In this document: positions 37,942 to 50,975 of the stretch, in pieces | Numbering within the stretch: position 1 is the stretch's first letter | How the letters are laid out: each line of letters opens with the position of its first letter | NCBI GenBank assembly: GCA_028023455.1 | Contig: JAQFVV010000008.1 | Span: forward strand, 15,686,001-15,750,000 | DNA from: Epiperipatus broadwayi | Lineage: Eukaryota > Animalia > Onychophora | DNA: 64,000 nt | Direction of reading: 5' to 3' | Position numbers and translations under genes: made by a program | Notes under the pieces: model-generated | What the model saw: the letters and a program-made list of their open reading frames with translations, nothing else | The model's database searches: none | What the model was told of the DNA's origin: nothing

Positions 37942-40049
37942 TGTGCCGGACGAAAGCTTTTTAATTTCATCTATCAATCTATTCTGATACAGAGGGTGCC
38001 ACCAGACCACTACGTGTCTGGAAAATTTGTTTACTGTGATCAGAATAGATGATGATGATGGTTTACGCCGACTAGACTCAGGGAGAAACAAGAGATCTTA
38101 AATTGTTTAGACAATTGAGATAAAAAGCACAAAGACAAACGTCAGCCAAATTAAGTTTAAATATATTTAATAAAATTTTATTCAGAGAAGAATAACTTAT
38201 AAGAAAAGTTTATAAGTTAACAAATATGATTAGCTCAGGCGTGTACCAGAAAGACTAAATGCAATGCTCTGGCAGATCTACTGATTCTCTAATAAACAAA
38301 TGTAAAAGGGAGAAAACAAATTTCATTCAGCAGAGGATTCATCCAAACATTGGTCCTCACTTTCAGATATTCAAACAATACGTCCTTGAAATAGATCAAA
38401 GAAACCAGTGCCGATGAGCTTTTAGAGATCTAAACATGGTCAGACCTAAAATGTCCTTATATCGGTATGAACTGCACCTATTACTACGTTTAAAATAACG
38501 GTGATTGATCCACTTCAAGAACAACTGAAAAATAAAATTGAAAGGAAGTAAAACAATTAAAAACTGGTGAATCCCAGCCAAATGATTGGCGAAAATTACT
38601 TTAAAATTAATAATTAAAGGTCTCAATAAGGGACAAATAAATAATTAGAAAAACAGTTACGTCTGCCCTAGCATTTAAAGAAAATAAACTTACAAACAAA
38701 TTCTGAGTACACGCTCTGATAAATTTAAAGCACACATAATAAATACAAAAGAAATCTATCGGAGAGTGCACATGAGTACGAAATATTAAAAGTTTAAATA
38801 CTCCAGCAGAACGAAAGTATTGCTCACCTGTAATTTAAAGAGGGATATATTTTATCTTCCTGCTGACAGCTTATAAAATTACAAAGAAAAACAATTCTAA
38901 TTTCTGCCTTCAGAGATATAAAAAACAAAATCCCAACCTGCGGAAAATTAGACAATAAAGTCATCAGCCAAAAGATTTTGGAGGTTTAGCAATAGGGCAA
39001 ACATAGAGTTTAAAATTAATTATTGAATATTAACATAATTACAGGTAAGCATTTAAAAGGCACGACTGCCAAAGCATTTATAAAAATACATAAAAATAGA
39101 AAACTCACTCGTCACTCTCCAATAAACAAAAATTGAAAGTAACTTGGAACCTTAAAACTAAGATTCCAAGACACACTACAAAATATTACAAAACACAGCA
39201 AATATTAAATATGAGGCTATATAAATTACTTAAGCTTATGAATATATATTTATGATTAGACTGAGCGGAGATTTAATGAGAATTAATTTACCCTGGGAAG
39301 AATAAAAACGAAAATAGTTACCTTTCGGTAAAAGCAATGTTCACATAGAGTGTGCACTATTATTTTAGTTCATTTTCAGGTCTTTAGACAGCAAGGTAGA
39401 TGTAAAGAGGTTCCGGCTTCTTCTAGGTGTTTAAGGCATTACTGGAGCAAAGTTGGTAAGTCAGGGATCCGTCTTTAGTTGAGTTAGCAAGCCATTCGGG
39501 TGGTGACAACACGTATAGAATTTTTCATCTTGTTGCAAGCAAAAGTATTTAATAACAGCTGATGTCCTTTAAGAATTTAAATGTCCGCGCTGATATAAAC
39601 TTTCACTTGAGAAACAGCTTGTCTAGTTATGAATAAGGAATTAACTGACACTCCAAATTTTTGGGGCTATTTATACGTTGCTCCATTTCTCGCAAAACAC
39701 TTTCCTTGTTGTCCAATTTCTATGCCTTAGGCAGGGCAAATATTAATCTCCCGCTCAATCTAATCTAGGAATTCTACCCAGGGATTATTGAAATGAAAAC
39801 AACTACATAAAAATCAAATCTCTGCTATTAAAATAAAAGTCACAGGAATGTAATTAGCTAGGTTGCTTGTTTTTTTAATTAATTGATTTAAAGTAAAAAC
39901 AAGCGATATAAGAAAATTATTTTAAAATAAATCGATAACACTGAATGTATTTTGATACACGTATTCTTTTTAAATAATAATAAAAATTTAAACATTAAAC
40001 GTTTTAACAAAATTAGGTTTAGTGAAGATTAAAACTTCATCGGATTTCA
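37942..40049 (-). repeat. 5' LTR (2108 bp)
   Basis: Partner of 34252-36357; minus-strand TATAAATA at 39668-39675. Confidence 0.92.
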
Positions 40050-42479
40050 ATTATGTTCAATATATAATAAATTGATAGATCTAACTCAATCTTGAACTAA
40101 GTAGAAAATAAAAGATTTACACAAATTGAAATGATCTACCTTTACAATAGTAAAACATATATAGCCAAAGCATAAATAAAATATTAATAAATTTTGTTCT
40201 TGATTAAACCTAAGAAAATGTAATCTAAAATGCATAAATAAAAACATAATTTTTCAAATTTTAATATATATCCTATATTAAATCAATTTCAAATATTTGA
40301 AAAAAGCACACACATTCTTCAGTCAATATAAATAAATATAATTTAACAATAATAAATGAAATAAAAAACAGAAACTAGAATACAAATTTAAAATGTCATT
40401 TATTTTAGTATCCACATTTCAGTGGACTAATACAAAAACTGAAAATTCAAACCAAATTGATAATGTCTTCTGTTAAAATATAAAATTGAATGAAATGCAA
40501 AATCAAAATAGATCTTTAAATTAAACTGGTTTACAATATGCCTTCCTAACTAATATTAACATCAGAAGTAAAATTAATATAAGATATACTGGACATATTT
40601 TTCTCAAAAATGGAAGTTTTCTGAATCCAAAAATGAAAGATGGTATTCTTACATGGCATACAAAAATTACTATTGTAGTATATCATGTTAACAATGGCTT
40701 TATCATCTGTAAAAAATTTAATCAACCCAAACAGTAACACATTGTTTTGCAAATGTCTTCAGATAATTAATTCTACATACATGAACTTAAGTTGAAAAAT
40801 AAAAAAATTAAACTTCGATTAGAAAATTAATAACTTTTTTACAGAAATTTTTTTTTTGATAAGAATCTCAAAAAAAAAAAAAACCTTCACCAAACAAGAA
40901 ATTAAATGTCATGGTGATATTAATATTTCATAAATTATTTTCAAGGTACAACTAAACACACATATGTAGTCAAAATTCTTCTTAAACTCAATTTGCCTAA
41001 GTGAGAATAAATAAATATTCCAGTCAAGTTCAGATTATTAACTTCTGTTAAAAAATATAATAGACTTCTAATTTAACTAGTGCACAAGAAAAAAAATATT
41101 TTGTCTCTCTGTCAAACTCATGCACTAAATATGATAGTTCTAACTATCAATACTAAACAGATTAAGCAAGACTTTTAAAATGCTATAAGAATTCAAAAAT
41201 ATTTTTCTATAACTATGACTCAATAACAAACTTAATAAAATTTAATTTTAAAGCTTCCCTTAGATTTAACTTTTAAAATAAATTAAAATGACAAACAATT
41301 CATTAACAGACTAATTTAGCTCATTATGAAGATAAAAATTAAAATATTTTGGGTTATCTTTGCTTGAATTAAAAAAATTAAATTGTGTTAAGATAATATT
41401 TGTGTCATAAATACTGCAACTACATCGTTGATAAATATGTTCTTCATAGAGATAGTTTGTGATTTTTTGCCAAATTCTAACATAATTTAATTTAGCAACG
41501 CACATTTAAAAAGTTGCATAATAAATTTTAATTATATCTAACATACAAAACTTCATTCTAAATAAATGTTGGAAAAAAGTAATGGTAACAACTATAACAT
41601 TTTATTGTTATATTAGAGCTACTGCTCCCATTAATAACTGCTTGAAATCATATGGAATAAAATTATAAAACATTTAACATCTAGAGAAATATCAAGCCTC
41701 ACTATGTAAAGCCTTAATTTCTTTAATAAATGTCACTGGAAAATGAGCTCTTAGTTATTGTTCAAGAATAGACTACAACATTTAAAAAAACACTTGAATC
41801 AGCTGAGTGAGGACCCATAAGCAATGATGATCAAGTTTTCCAAACCAATATTTGTGCATGTCTATATAAATTGGAACAATATCATATTACAAAGATAGTA
41901 ATATTATACAACAATATATGCAGCATAAAAAGACTAAAAATATTTTGCAATTGTTATGCACTATGCAGAATTATAATTAATAAGAAAAGAAAATATTGTT
42001 ATATCCAGGAGTGACTCTCTACTACCAGCTGAATAAGCATTTGTATTATATTTAAATAAATGCTCAATTCAGAGAATCAAATTAACAACTAGAGTTTATT
42101 AGCTCTAATCACAACTGGCTGCTTTCTGATTACCATTAGAGCCTCTTTGTATATAAAAGTTGGCAAATTCTTTTATAATCTTTGCATTGCTCTAGTCACA
42201 TTCTACTATATTACATATATATAGCCACAGGTATATAACAAGCCTGTGTTTCAGTTAATAACTCTTAAGGTTTTTTTTCATTATGCTAATTTGTAGTTTT
42301 TATTTGCAGTTCATATGATCAGCACAATTAGTCTAGATTTACATAAATGCATATATTAATTTTCTAGAGAGTTACTTTATTAAGGTTTTTATTAACTTCC
42401 TATCTAACTAATGTATACTACACAAACATAATAATTTTATTTAGACCATTTTACAAATATATATATATATTTTCAATAT

Positions 42480-42848
42480 AAAAAAAAAAAAAAATTATTT
42501 TTGCTTCCCCCCCCCCCCCCCCTCCCGCGGGCCCCCCCTTTTCCCTTTTTTTTTTTTTATTTTTTTTCTTTTTTTTTTTTTTTTTTTCCCAAAAACCAAA
42601 AAATTAAATTTAATTTTATTTTTTGGCACGAACACAGCGGCTGAGTGTAAAAAAATAGGCACCAAAACAAAAAAAAAAAAGACCACCACAATCACAAACC
42701 CAAACCCCCCAAAGGCCAAGCAGAACCGAAGAAGAATCATGGGAGTTAGAGAAGAAAAACAACTTTCTCTTTCTTTTTTTAAAACTCAACACACACCCCC
42801 CACAAAAAAAAATTGAGGGAAAGGCCCGAAAAAAGAAAAACGTAACAA
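42480..42848. other. Homopolymer-rich low-complexity stretch, probable sequencing/assembly artefact
   Basis: Long C, T and A runs unlike the flanks, bracketed by an inverted repeat (TAGACCATTTTACAAATATATAT ~42442-42464 / ~42849-42871). Confidence 0.6.
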
Positions 42849-42899
42849 TATATATATTTGTAAAATGGTCTATAAATATATATCAATTAGGCATGACAA

Positions 42900-43450
42900 T
42901 TCTACAATGAAGTTTAATTGATAGGCTTATTTTAGTGATTATCAAAAAAACAGGTAAAGTGCAAATGGTTACACAATCACTTTTGCAATGTTGGCTTTGG
43001 AATGGTAACTCATCAATAAATGTTCTGCTGATATAGCTCACAATAGATTGTTCTGGTAGACACAAGTATTTAAATGTCTGTTTATTTCTGCAATCTGATG
43101 CATTCTAATGTGATGATTACAATCCTAAAAAATTTCTATCAGGAATTGACAATAAAAAAAAAGCATTGAATTTGAAAAAGCTTATTATTCACTTTCCTGC
43201 TTCATTTTTGCTTTCAAATCCATATTGATTAACAACATTTTCTTTTGCTTCAGTTCCAATTTTGACATTCCAGTCACTGTTTTCTTGCCTGCAAATTTTA
43301 TCAAATTCCACTAATTGTTGCCAACAATTATACTAAAGGGGTTCATTTTTCCAAAATAAATGAATGCTGCTCTCATTGTAATCCTTACCAAATAAATCAG
43401 AGTAATGTCAGAAATAATGATGTTTCTGTGCAAGATAAAGCTCATCCACT
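42900..43450 (-). pseudogene. RTE-like APE endonuclease remnant
   Basis: Minus-strand DWNVKIGTEAKENVVNQYGFESKNEAG, typical of the RTE endonuclease GD.N.KIG...YG.G.RNEAG; disrupted. Confidence 0.6.
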
Positions 43451-45497
43451 GAAATTCACCTAAAATAATTACAAAATACAAATGCTTACATTTGTTTATC
43501 TCAGTTCCTATTATATACATTACCACTTTCAATTTAATTAACTTTAAATCTAGATACGGTACTCATGTTTCAAATTCAAATGATTCCAGTGATTCTGTTT
43601 TGATAAGTAACCATGCTTTCTCACATGAACAAAAAATTATGAGTAACATAAAATTCTCTTTGATGGATATTTAATGCTGCTACTACAAACATTTGTTCAG
43701 GAAAAAAGGAAGAGCACTGTAAAAAATATAAATGTATATAATCCAATGAATGAAGACCTGATATCGATTAAATTTCATGAACAGCTCAACATACATTAAT
43801 ACAAATATAAGCTCCAATAATAATAAAAAACATTTTATAATTAGGTGAAAATAAAATTAAAAAAATTTGCAAAGAAGTAATTGCTGATGGAAATGTCAAA
43901 ATTGGAAATAGATAAAAAAAAAAAAAATTACATCAGTCAATACAGACTTGCAAACAAAAATAAAACTTAAGAATGAGAAGTAAACTTTTGTAAATTCAAT
44001 ATTCTTTTTACAGTTAACACATGTAGCACACAATGCAATTCACTACTTTGTTGGCACTCAGAAAGATTTCCTTTCATTTTAATAGTGAAAACATAGATAG
44101 AAGATTATTAAATAGATTATAAATAATTTATGTGTAGACTTTGACTGAATTTGCATGTATTATTTTTAGAAATAACATCAAAAATCGCTATGATGTTTTA
44201 GTTGTAATGGTGAATCAGATTAATTATAGATGGAGGTGGAAAAAAAATTATTAAAAAATAATTTTGGCAAAAATTTGAATAAGATGAAATAAACAGACTA
44301 AGGAAAAATGGGTGTCAGAAAAACTAATAATAATTGCAAAAAAAAAAAAGTCAAAATTAAAAAAGATCAAAATATTTTAAGAGAAGTGAATGATAAATTC
44401 CAAAAAATAAAGCAAGATAGTAAGAAACATAAAAATAAATGGCAAAGATGTTAAAAATGGAAGCTGATAAGAAATATTTCTTGGAGGATTTCTGAGAATG
44501 AAAAGAAGTTTCAGCACAAACAGATTTATTGAAAAATGCAGATGGATGAGAAAAATCATATTTTTATTACTATAGCAAAATAAATAGTTTTGAGAATGTA
44601 CAACAATATAACTCTATTATTTTGAAAATCACACAGCTCAGAATAGAGTATACTTTTTTTAAATATCTGTTGCTCACATATAATTCATGAACCCAATCAA
44701 TTGAGAGTATGCTCTTACAATTAGAGATTCAGTATCTTCACATCCAGAAAGTTAAAAAATATATCAAATGAATTTATGATATTGCCATTATCAATTGCAG
44801 AAGATTATGGAATATTTTAAAATAAAATTCTTTTAATTTTTTTATATTATTTTGATAAAAAAAATCTAGATCTCATTTCCTGCTATATATATAAAAATAT
44901 GAATTTAACAAAGTGTTAGTTATGTCATTGCGATGAATATCTTGTGTTTTACTATAAATATAATAGCAGCACACTTGAGTGCTCATCTTGACAAATAAGG
45001 CTGTTTCTTATCTAAAAAGTTGCTATGATATTTAAACTCATCTTAAGATAATAATCAATCAAATCAAAAGTTAATGAAGATTCTTTTTTTCATTATGGTA
45101 TAGCAAATGATCAGTTTTTTTTTTTTAAAAAAAAAAAAAAACCCATTAATTATTAAACTAAATTTTTAATAGGTTGCATTTTAAACAATAAAAATATTCT
45201 ATAGATTATTCATAGAAATGAAAATCTGGAAATCAAGAAGAGTAAGGTTTTGTTTTATAATTTTAATCAATTCACATTAAAAACTTGCCACTTAACATAT
45301 ATTATTTGCTTCATGAAATTTCATTTCATAAACAATTCCAAAGATCGCTTCTTAAAAATGAAAAAAAATTTGAATCCCATACATAGACCTGTTTAGCACC
45401 ATTTTTTGATTTTAAATATCTCAGATTTTTTGACATTAGTAACAACAATTCCTCTCAATCTATAATGTAGGTTATATATATAAATTTCGTTATTCTA

Positions 45498-45660
45498 TCT
45501 GACCATGTAATGCATCCATCTGATGGTGCTGTTGTTTGCAAAAGCACAGAAATATGCTGTTTATGCGGCCCAACTTACAGCCTCTACTAGCCCGGTAATG
45601 TTACATTTGATTATTTTTGCAAGCAACAATGTCGTCAGGCAGACGCATTACATGGTCAGA
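45498..45660. mobile_element. Small MITE (TA-flanked)
   Basis: ~47-bp imperfect TIRs TCTGACCATGTAATGC...TTTGCAAAA / TTTTGCAAG...GCATTACATGGTCAGA; TA on both sides. Confidence 0.75.
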
Positions 45661-47291
45661 TACAGAAACTAAATTTCTATGGTAAATCAACTATTTCCAC
45701 TATTAACTAAAATCAAATGCCATACAAATTAATAAAAATCATGTTTGCTCACTAAACTTTTCTTTTATTAGCTTAATAACAAAAATTATATCTATATTGC
45801 CTTTTAATTCTACTGGAAGCAGCTTTTGCAATAAAATTATTTAAAGTACTTTTTGTTGTCATAATTATAACATACAGGATGTTTTCTATCCTTTTTTTAA
45901 TTTTTATAAATTGAAGCATAGATAGATAATTTCATAGGTCTGTATTCCAAAAAAAAAAAAAATCATTTGTTATGAAGCTAATCACTACTATTAATTTAAT
46001 TTTTTACCAAAGATTCTATCAGGATGAACAGCTTAACTGTTTCTGAGATTGCACAGAGCTGCTTCAACTATATTTTACAAATATTAAATTTTTTTTTTAA
46101 AATTTTGCATAAAAGTTCAAAAATTCTAATTATTTCATTAATTACAAATTTTTTATATTATATCTATGATACAATTACATGATTTTTAAATAGAATGTCG
46201 AGAAATATTAAGACTAATGAAAAATTTTAGGTTTCTCTGAAAAAACTTTATGAAAATATTGATAACCAATTACTGTTCAATAATCAAGTGACTCAAGCAA
46301 GAGATGAATAACATAGACTTTAAATTTCTCACATCAATATTGGATGGATGAACTGTATGATTTGAAGATATTATCTTGTAAAAAGATAATAGTTTTGTCT
46401 AAAAACAATGTTAGTATTGCTGAATAAACTCAATTCCCTTAAAATAATATAATACTTTGCAATTGTGATGGATTTATGTCTATTAAAAATAGGATCAAAA
46501 GAATATTAAAGACTGTCTGATCATGATTTTTTTTCTTTTTCAAAAAAGGTTGCGAGAATAATTATAACCATTGGTTTAACCGATTATACAACATATTTCA
46601 TGTTAATATTGCTTAATTTTTGTATATATATAAAATGTAAAATTATATATTCATGTATATTTGGAGAAGATTGCTGGGGTAATTGAAATTGTCAATAGTA
46701 GGTTGTAATTAATAAAGACTGTAAAAGTTATTATATTACTCAATTTATATGTTAGAGACATCATAATTTCTGCAACGTGACATTCATATCAAAAATTAAT
46801 GATTCTAAAATAGCAATTCAGCTATAAATATTTTCCTAATGAAGATTGTGACAGTCAGGTAAATAGTAAAATGTATTGACTTCTGAAATGATTTGTTTTG
46901 CTATGATTTTTTTATTATCGTCCTTCATAATGCTTATCACTCTTTCATAAACACTGATTTCTAACTACAGTTAGATCTTGTAAATTTTAGTCCATCATCT
47001 TTAATAAATGCAACTGAGAATGTTTATCTGAAATATTAAAGTTCTGCAATTAATGCTCCTTCCCTTTTAGATTTTCAGACAATAACATTACAATATTTCT
47101 TCTTACATGCTTATCAAACAAATGTTGATTTCATGTCAAATATTCCTTAGGATTCTATTAGGATAAAAAAAAAAAATTTCATTTGCACATATTTCGAATT
47201 CTATGCAACAAGAGATCAAAATATAGTGTAATATCTTTACTCATAACTTAGTATTAATATTTGGTTAAAGATAATAATGATGAGTACGTAC

Positions 47292-47495
47292 TATATTCAC
47301 ACTTTTCCTGCGTTATCAATGATTCAGAAGTAAATTTAGACTTTTGATCAGCTTCAAATACAGAAGCAACATCTGATAGTTCATTTTTATGAAATGTAAC
47401 TATTTTAATGGTATTTAAAACTGTTGCTGAAACAAACTGTTTAATGCCTCCCAACATTATTTTAGCAGAGTTTAAAAAACTCAATTTCCCAGCAC
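47292..47495 (-). CDS. PARP14-like: PARP14-like gene, macro-domain C-terminal exon
   Basis: TTTTTAG acceptor and GTACGT donor; 204 nt, phase 1 to 1: (G)AGKLSFLNSAKIMLGGIKQFVSATVLNTIKIVTFHKNELSDVASVFEAD..., the helix/strand after the macro G-T-G loop. Confidence 0.72.
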
Positions 47496-47748
47496 CTAAA
47501 AATATAAAATGTATAAAATATTTTTAAAGGATTTGTTTAATGTCATAGAAAATAAATGTTTACATATAAATTATGATTATTTAAACATATATTAAATTTT
47601 AAGTGACCATAATATTTCTAATGTGTACATTAATAATTAAAAAAAAAAAAAGAAGTTTATTTTGTTCACTAGATTAGCAAAACAAAGATTGTCATTCAAA
47701 TTCCTGATCGCATCTATATATCTTTAATATTAATCTCATTTAACAAAC

Positions 47749-47970
47749 TTAAAAAATTTCAAAAATCCACTTCTATGCACTTGAATATATCTTTTTTCAC
47801 TAATAGTTTTGATTAATCCACAGTTTTCTTTAGTTTTTCTAAATTTATTTTTTTATAAACAAATTTAGGAAAGCTCTGATGAAGACTGTAGATCAGTCAA
47901 AATTGTTAGTGAAATAAAATTTTAAAAAATATAAAACTATTCAAGTGCATAAAAATGGATTTTCAAAGTT
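47749..47970. mobile_element. Short head-to-head palindrome with two degenerate hammerhead motifs (PLE-tail-like)
   Basis: 47749-47846 is a diverged reverse complement of 47861-47970, with a 14-bp spacer. Confidence 0.75.
47873..47910 (+). ncRNA. Degenerate type I hammerhead motif
   Basis: CUGAUGA-A-GACUG-UAGAU-CAGUC-AAAA-UUGUU-AGU: perfect 5-bp stem II, but GAAA reads AAAA (CpG-type change). Confidence 0.55.
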
Positions 47971-48171
47971 TTTAAAAGTCATGTAATGTGTAAAACATTA
48001 TATCTTAAAAAGGTCTCAATAAAAGATCAAAGCCAGGTTGATAATTAAATAATTGTAAATATAATTAGTTGTTTGTTTCAATATTATTTAGATTGATTAT
48101 TCTATTAAGTATATAGTAATATCAACATTGTATATATATTTTAAAAGTTTTTAAATATTGATAAAACAATG

Positions 48172-49014
48172 TGTTATGTATGTGTGTAATTAAAATACAC
48201 ATATGCAAAATAATAATAATAAATGTTGTAAATGTGAATTTAATATTTAAACGTTTATACGTGTATAATTTATCGCACATACATACTTAAGTTATAGATA
48301 TGTGAAGAATAAAAAATTCTTCGTTAATTAGATATTAAATAAATGGAAAGGCAAACTTTAATAGTTGTGTTATTTTAAAACAGTAAGAAAGCAAATCCCT
48401 TTAGATGAAAAGTTTAGTTGACAAAAAAACTTTGCAGATGAACAAGGTATATAATTAAAAAGTATTTTGGGCTGCAAACATAATTAATCAAACTAAGACT
48501 TAAGTATAAATCTTCTACGGCATGCGAACTGGGAGTGATTGATCTGACCAGGACGGACAATATTTGACCAATCAAATCCAGGGAATCAGGACAAGGGAAA
48601 TAAGTGCACTGTAAAGAATTTGGGACACTTTCAACTTGAAGCTCTACTGCTGCAGATGGACTTTTAAAAAGGTGCTGAACCTCGCTTTATTAGCACAGTA
48701 TCTTCAAAGTGGACCGCTGGCCTCCAAACATCCAAGTGTCAGTTCAGGGACTATAAAGCAGGTAATACCAATCTTTATTATTAGTTTTGTAGGCCTTTGG
48801 GTTTTATGGTGTAAACGTATAATATTATATGTGTTTGTGTAATTATATTTAATGTATAACTAATACTTCTTTTTGCACATATATTGTAATAAAATAAATT
48901 ATATCAGCGCTAGTCTTAATTAGTTATAAATATTGTGTACCTATATAGGCAGGGTAAGGTTAGCTCCCTGAATAGATTGTCTGTCAGTGGTTATTATAAC
49001 TGGCGGACATATCA
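48172..49014 (+). repeat. 5' LTR (843 bp)
   Basis: TGTTATG...ATATCA; colinear with 52999-53826; has ~30 extra bp near its 3' end. Confidence 0.92.
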
Positions 49015-49016
49015 TT

Positions 49017-49027
49017 TGGCACAGTCA
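49017..49027 (+). promoter_or_regulatory. PBS, eroded tRNA-Ser-like
   Basis: TGGCACAGTCA equals TGGCGCAGTCG with two CpG-type G>A changes; 2 nt after the LTR. Confidence 0.7.
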
Positions 49028-50400
49028 AGAGTATGAACATAGTCAAAGCTAGAGTGACGCGCATGTTATTCACCATTTACTCAAAGCAGAAATTTATTAA
49101 GTACAGTAGTCTGGGTATAATGGATAAATTGAATATGGCCATTGAAGAATTTAATGTAAATGAGACGAGCAGTTAGCCAATGTATGTCAAACACATAGAA
49201 AAATATCTATTCATTAATAAAGTCGAAGATGATAAGTACAAAATAGCCCCTGTATTATGTTTCACGGTTAAAGCGGTTATAGAAATCCCAAATCAGTTAA
49301 TAGCACCTTTAACCCCTGAGAAGTGCTCATACAATGACTTCAAAGAGCAACTGGGTAATTATTTTATCACCACTCTTTCATGTCCCATTGCTAGACTGTA
49401 GTCCCACCATTATTTACAAGCTAGAAATGAAACAATCAAGGATTTTGATTGTACACTGCGAATGTTAGCTAAAAACTGCATGTATGATACTAACCTAGAC
49501 GAGGCTCTCCTAGAACAGTTTCTGAAGGTATAAACAGCAATATCTACTATCAGTAACGAATCTAGATTATACGAAGGCAATCAAACGTAGCAAAGCCTAC
49601 AAGATCATTTCAGAACAGTCAAAAAAAATACGCAGAATTCAATAACGGGGTAAATAAGCAGATCGAAGTTTACAAAACTTTCAAAACAGTGGAACAAAAA
49701 TCCACAAAAAATACTGAAAGTAATGGCAATAGCAAGAAAGATAGCAATAATAATAGAACCTCTATTATCTGTCTTTGTTGTGGAAAAAAAGGGCATAAAA
49801 CCAGTAATTGCTATTTTATATGTCAACAATGTAAATTATTTAATTAATAAGAAAGGGCATAGACAAAACATGTTTTGGAAAGAAAAATTAAACCCTATAC
49901 ACAAGAAACAGTCCTAATCATAAATTGCAGGGAAAAGAAAAACAGTTTACAATGATCAATAATATAGTGACCAATCATAATGATAAAATAATTATAAAAG
50001 TTAAAATATATGATTACCCTATAGAGATGGAAGTGAATAGAAGGAGCGGTATAATCCTGATTTCACTATTCAATTGACAGACTGTTACATCAAATTGTAA
50101 GCAAAAACTCGCAATAGTAAAAACTGTCATGCAAGTGTTAGACATAAATGGCTATGCTATTAAAATAAAGGGCATGGTTAAAGCTCCAGTGAACAGAGTC
50201 GAAGGTAAAACTGTCAATTTACCACTATACATAGTACATGCCCCGATAAACGCATTAATCGACTGTGAATGGTTTAACAATTTAAGGATTAGATTGGCAT
50301 TCGTACAAAAGGTAGAGTTAAAAAACGAAATGGAAAATAAATTTCCAAATTTTTTAATGGGGAGCCGGGAATTCTTAAAACTGTGCCAATATAATTACAA

Positions 50401-50975
50401 ATGAGCACATTAGTCCTACCCATAATTTGCAAACCTAGTAAGGTAACATTTGCACAGAAGGTAAAAGTAGAAAAAGAAATCGACTACTTTGTCATGAAAG
50501 AGGTGTTGGAACCAATTCAAAAGTCAGATTGGGCCAATCCTGTAGTCATCATAACTAAACCTAATGGTCAGATATGCTTGTGTGGAGATTACAGGGTAAT
50601 GGTAACTAAAGCATTAAATAAAAGCGCATACGCTGTACCAAACGCTAGAGAAGTGATTGCTTCTTTGCAAAATTCGACCTTAACGCTGCATTCCCTCAAA
50701 TACCAGTTAACAGGGAAGCATCTAGGATACTGACAATTACTACCATGTTGGGCTATACAAATGTAAAAGACTACCATTCGGAAAAAATTTTGGCCTCCAA
50801 TATATTTCAGTCGAAAATCGAAACCATCCTCAACAGATTGGATGGCGTCATACTATATTTTGAAGACGTCCTTGGAATAGCAACCACAGACAAAGAACTT
50901 AGAAGTCGAGTAGATAAGATATGCGAATGGCTAAATGAATTTGGCGCAAAGCTGAATAATCAAAAATGCATTTAG
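50401..50975 (+). pseudogene. Gypsy RT fragments
   Basis: ORFs 50401-50733 and 50745-50975 (SNIFQSKIETILNRLDGVILYFEDVL; YxDD is degenerate). Confidence 0.9.

Larger units (their letters stand above)
34252..40049 (-). mobile_element. Non-autonomous LTR retroelement (LARD-like) with ~2.1-kb LTRs, Gypsy/Osvaldo-Ulysses-like
   Basis: Highly similar repeats 34252-36357 and 37942-40049 with TG...CA ends; perfect tRNA-Lys PBS; 1.6-kb interior with only a disrupted coiled-coil gag-like region and no pol. No exact TSD or clear PPT. Confidence 0.88.

Noticed and set aside
34706-38626. Twin 76-aa ORFs at 34706-34936 and 38396-38626
   Set aside because: Chance ORFs duplicated because they lie within the two LTRs.
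42495-42740. 81-aa ORF ending in poly-K/G
   Set aside because: Translation of the homopolymer/artefact block.
43975-44075. Minus-strand ELHCVLHVL resembling a macro-domain strand
   Set aside because: Wrong order relative to the identified exons and no convincing splice sites.
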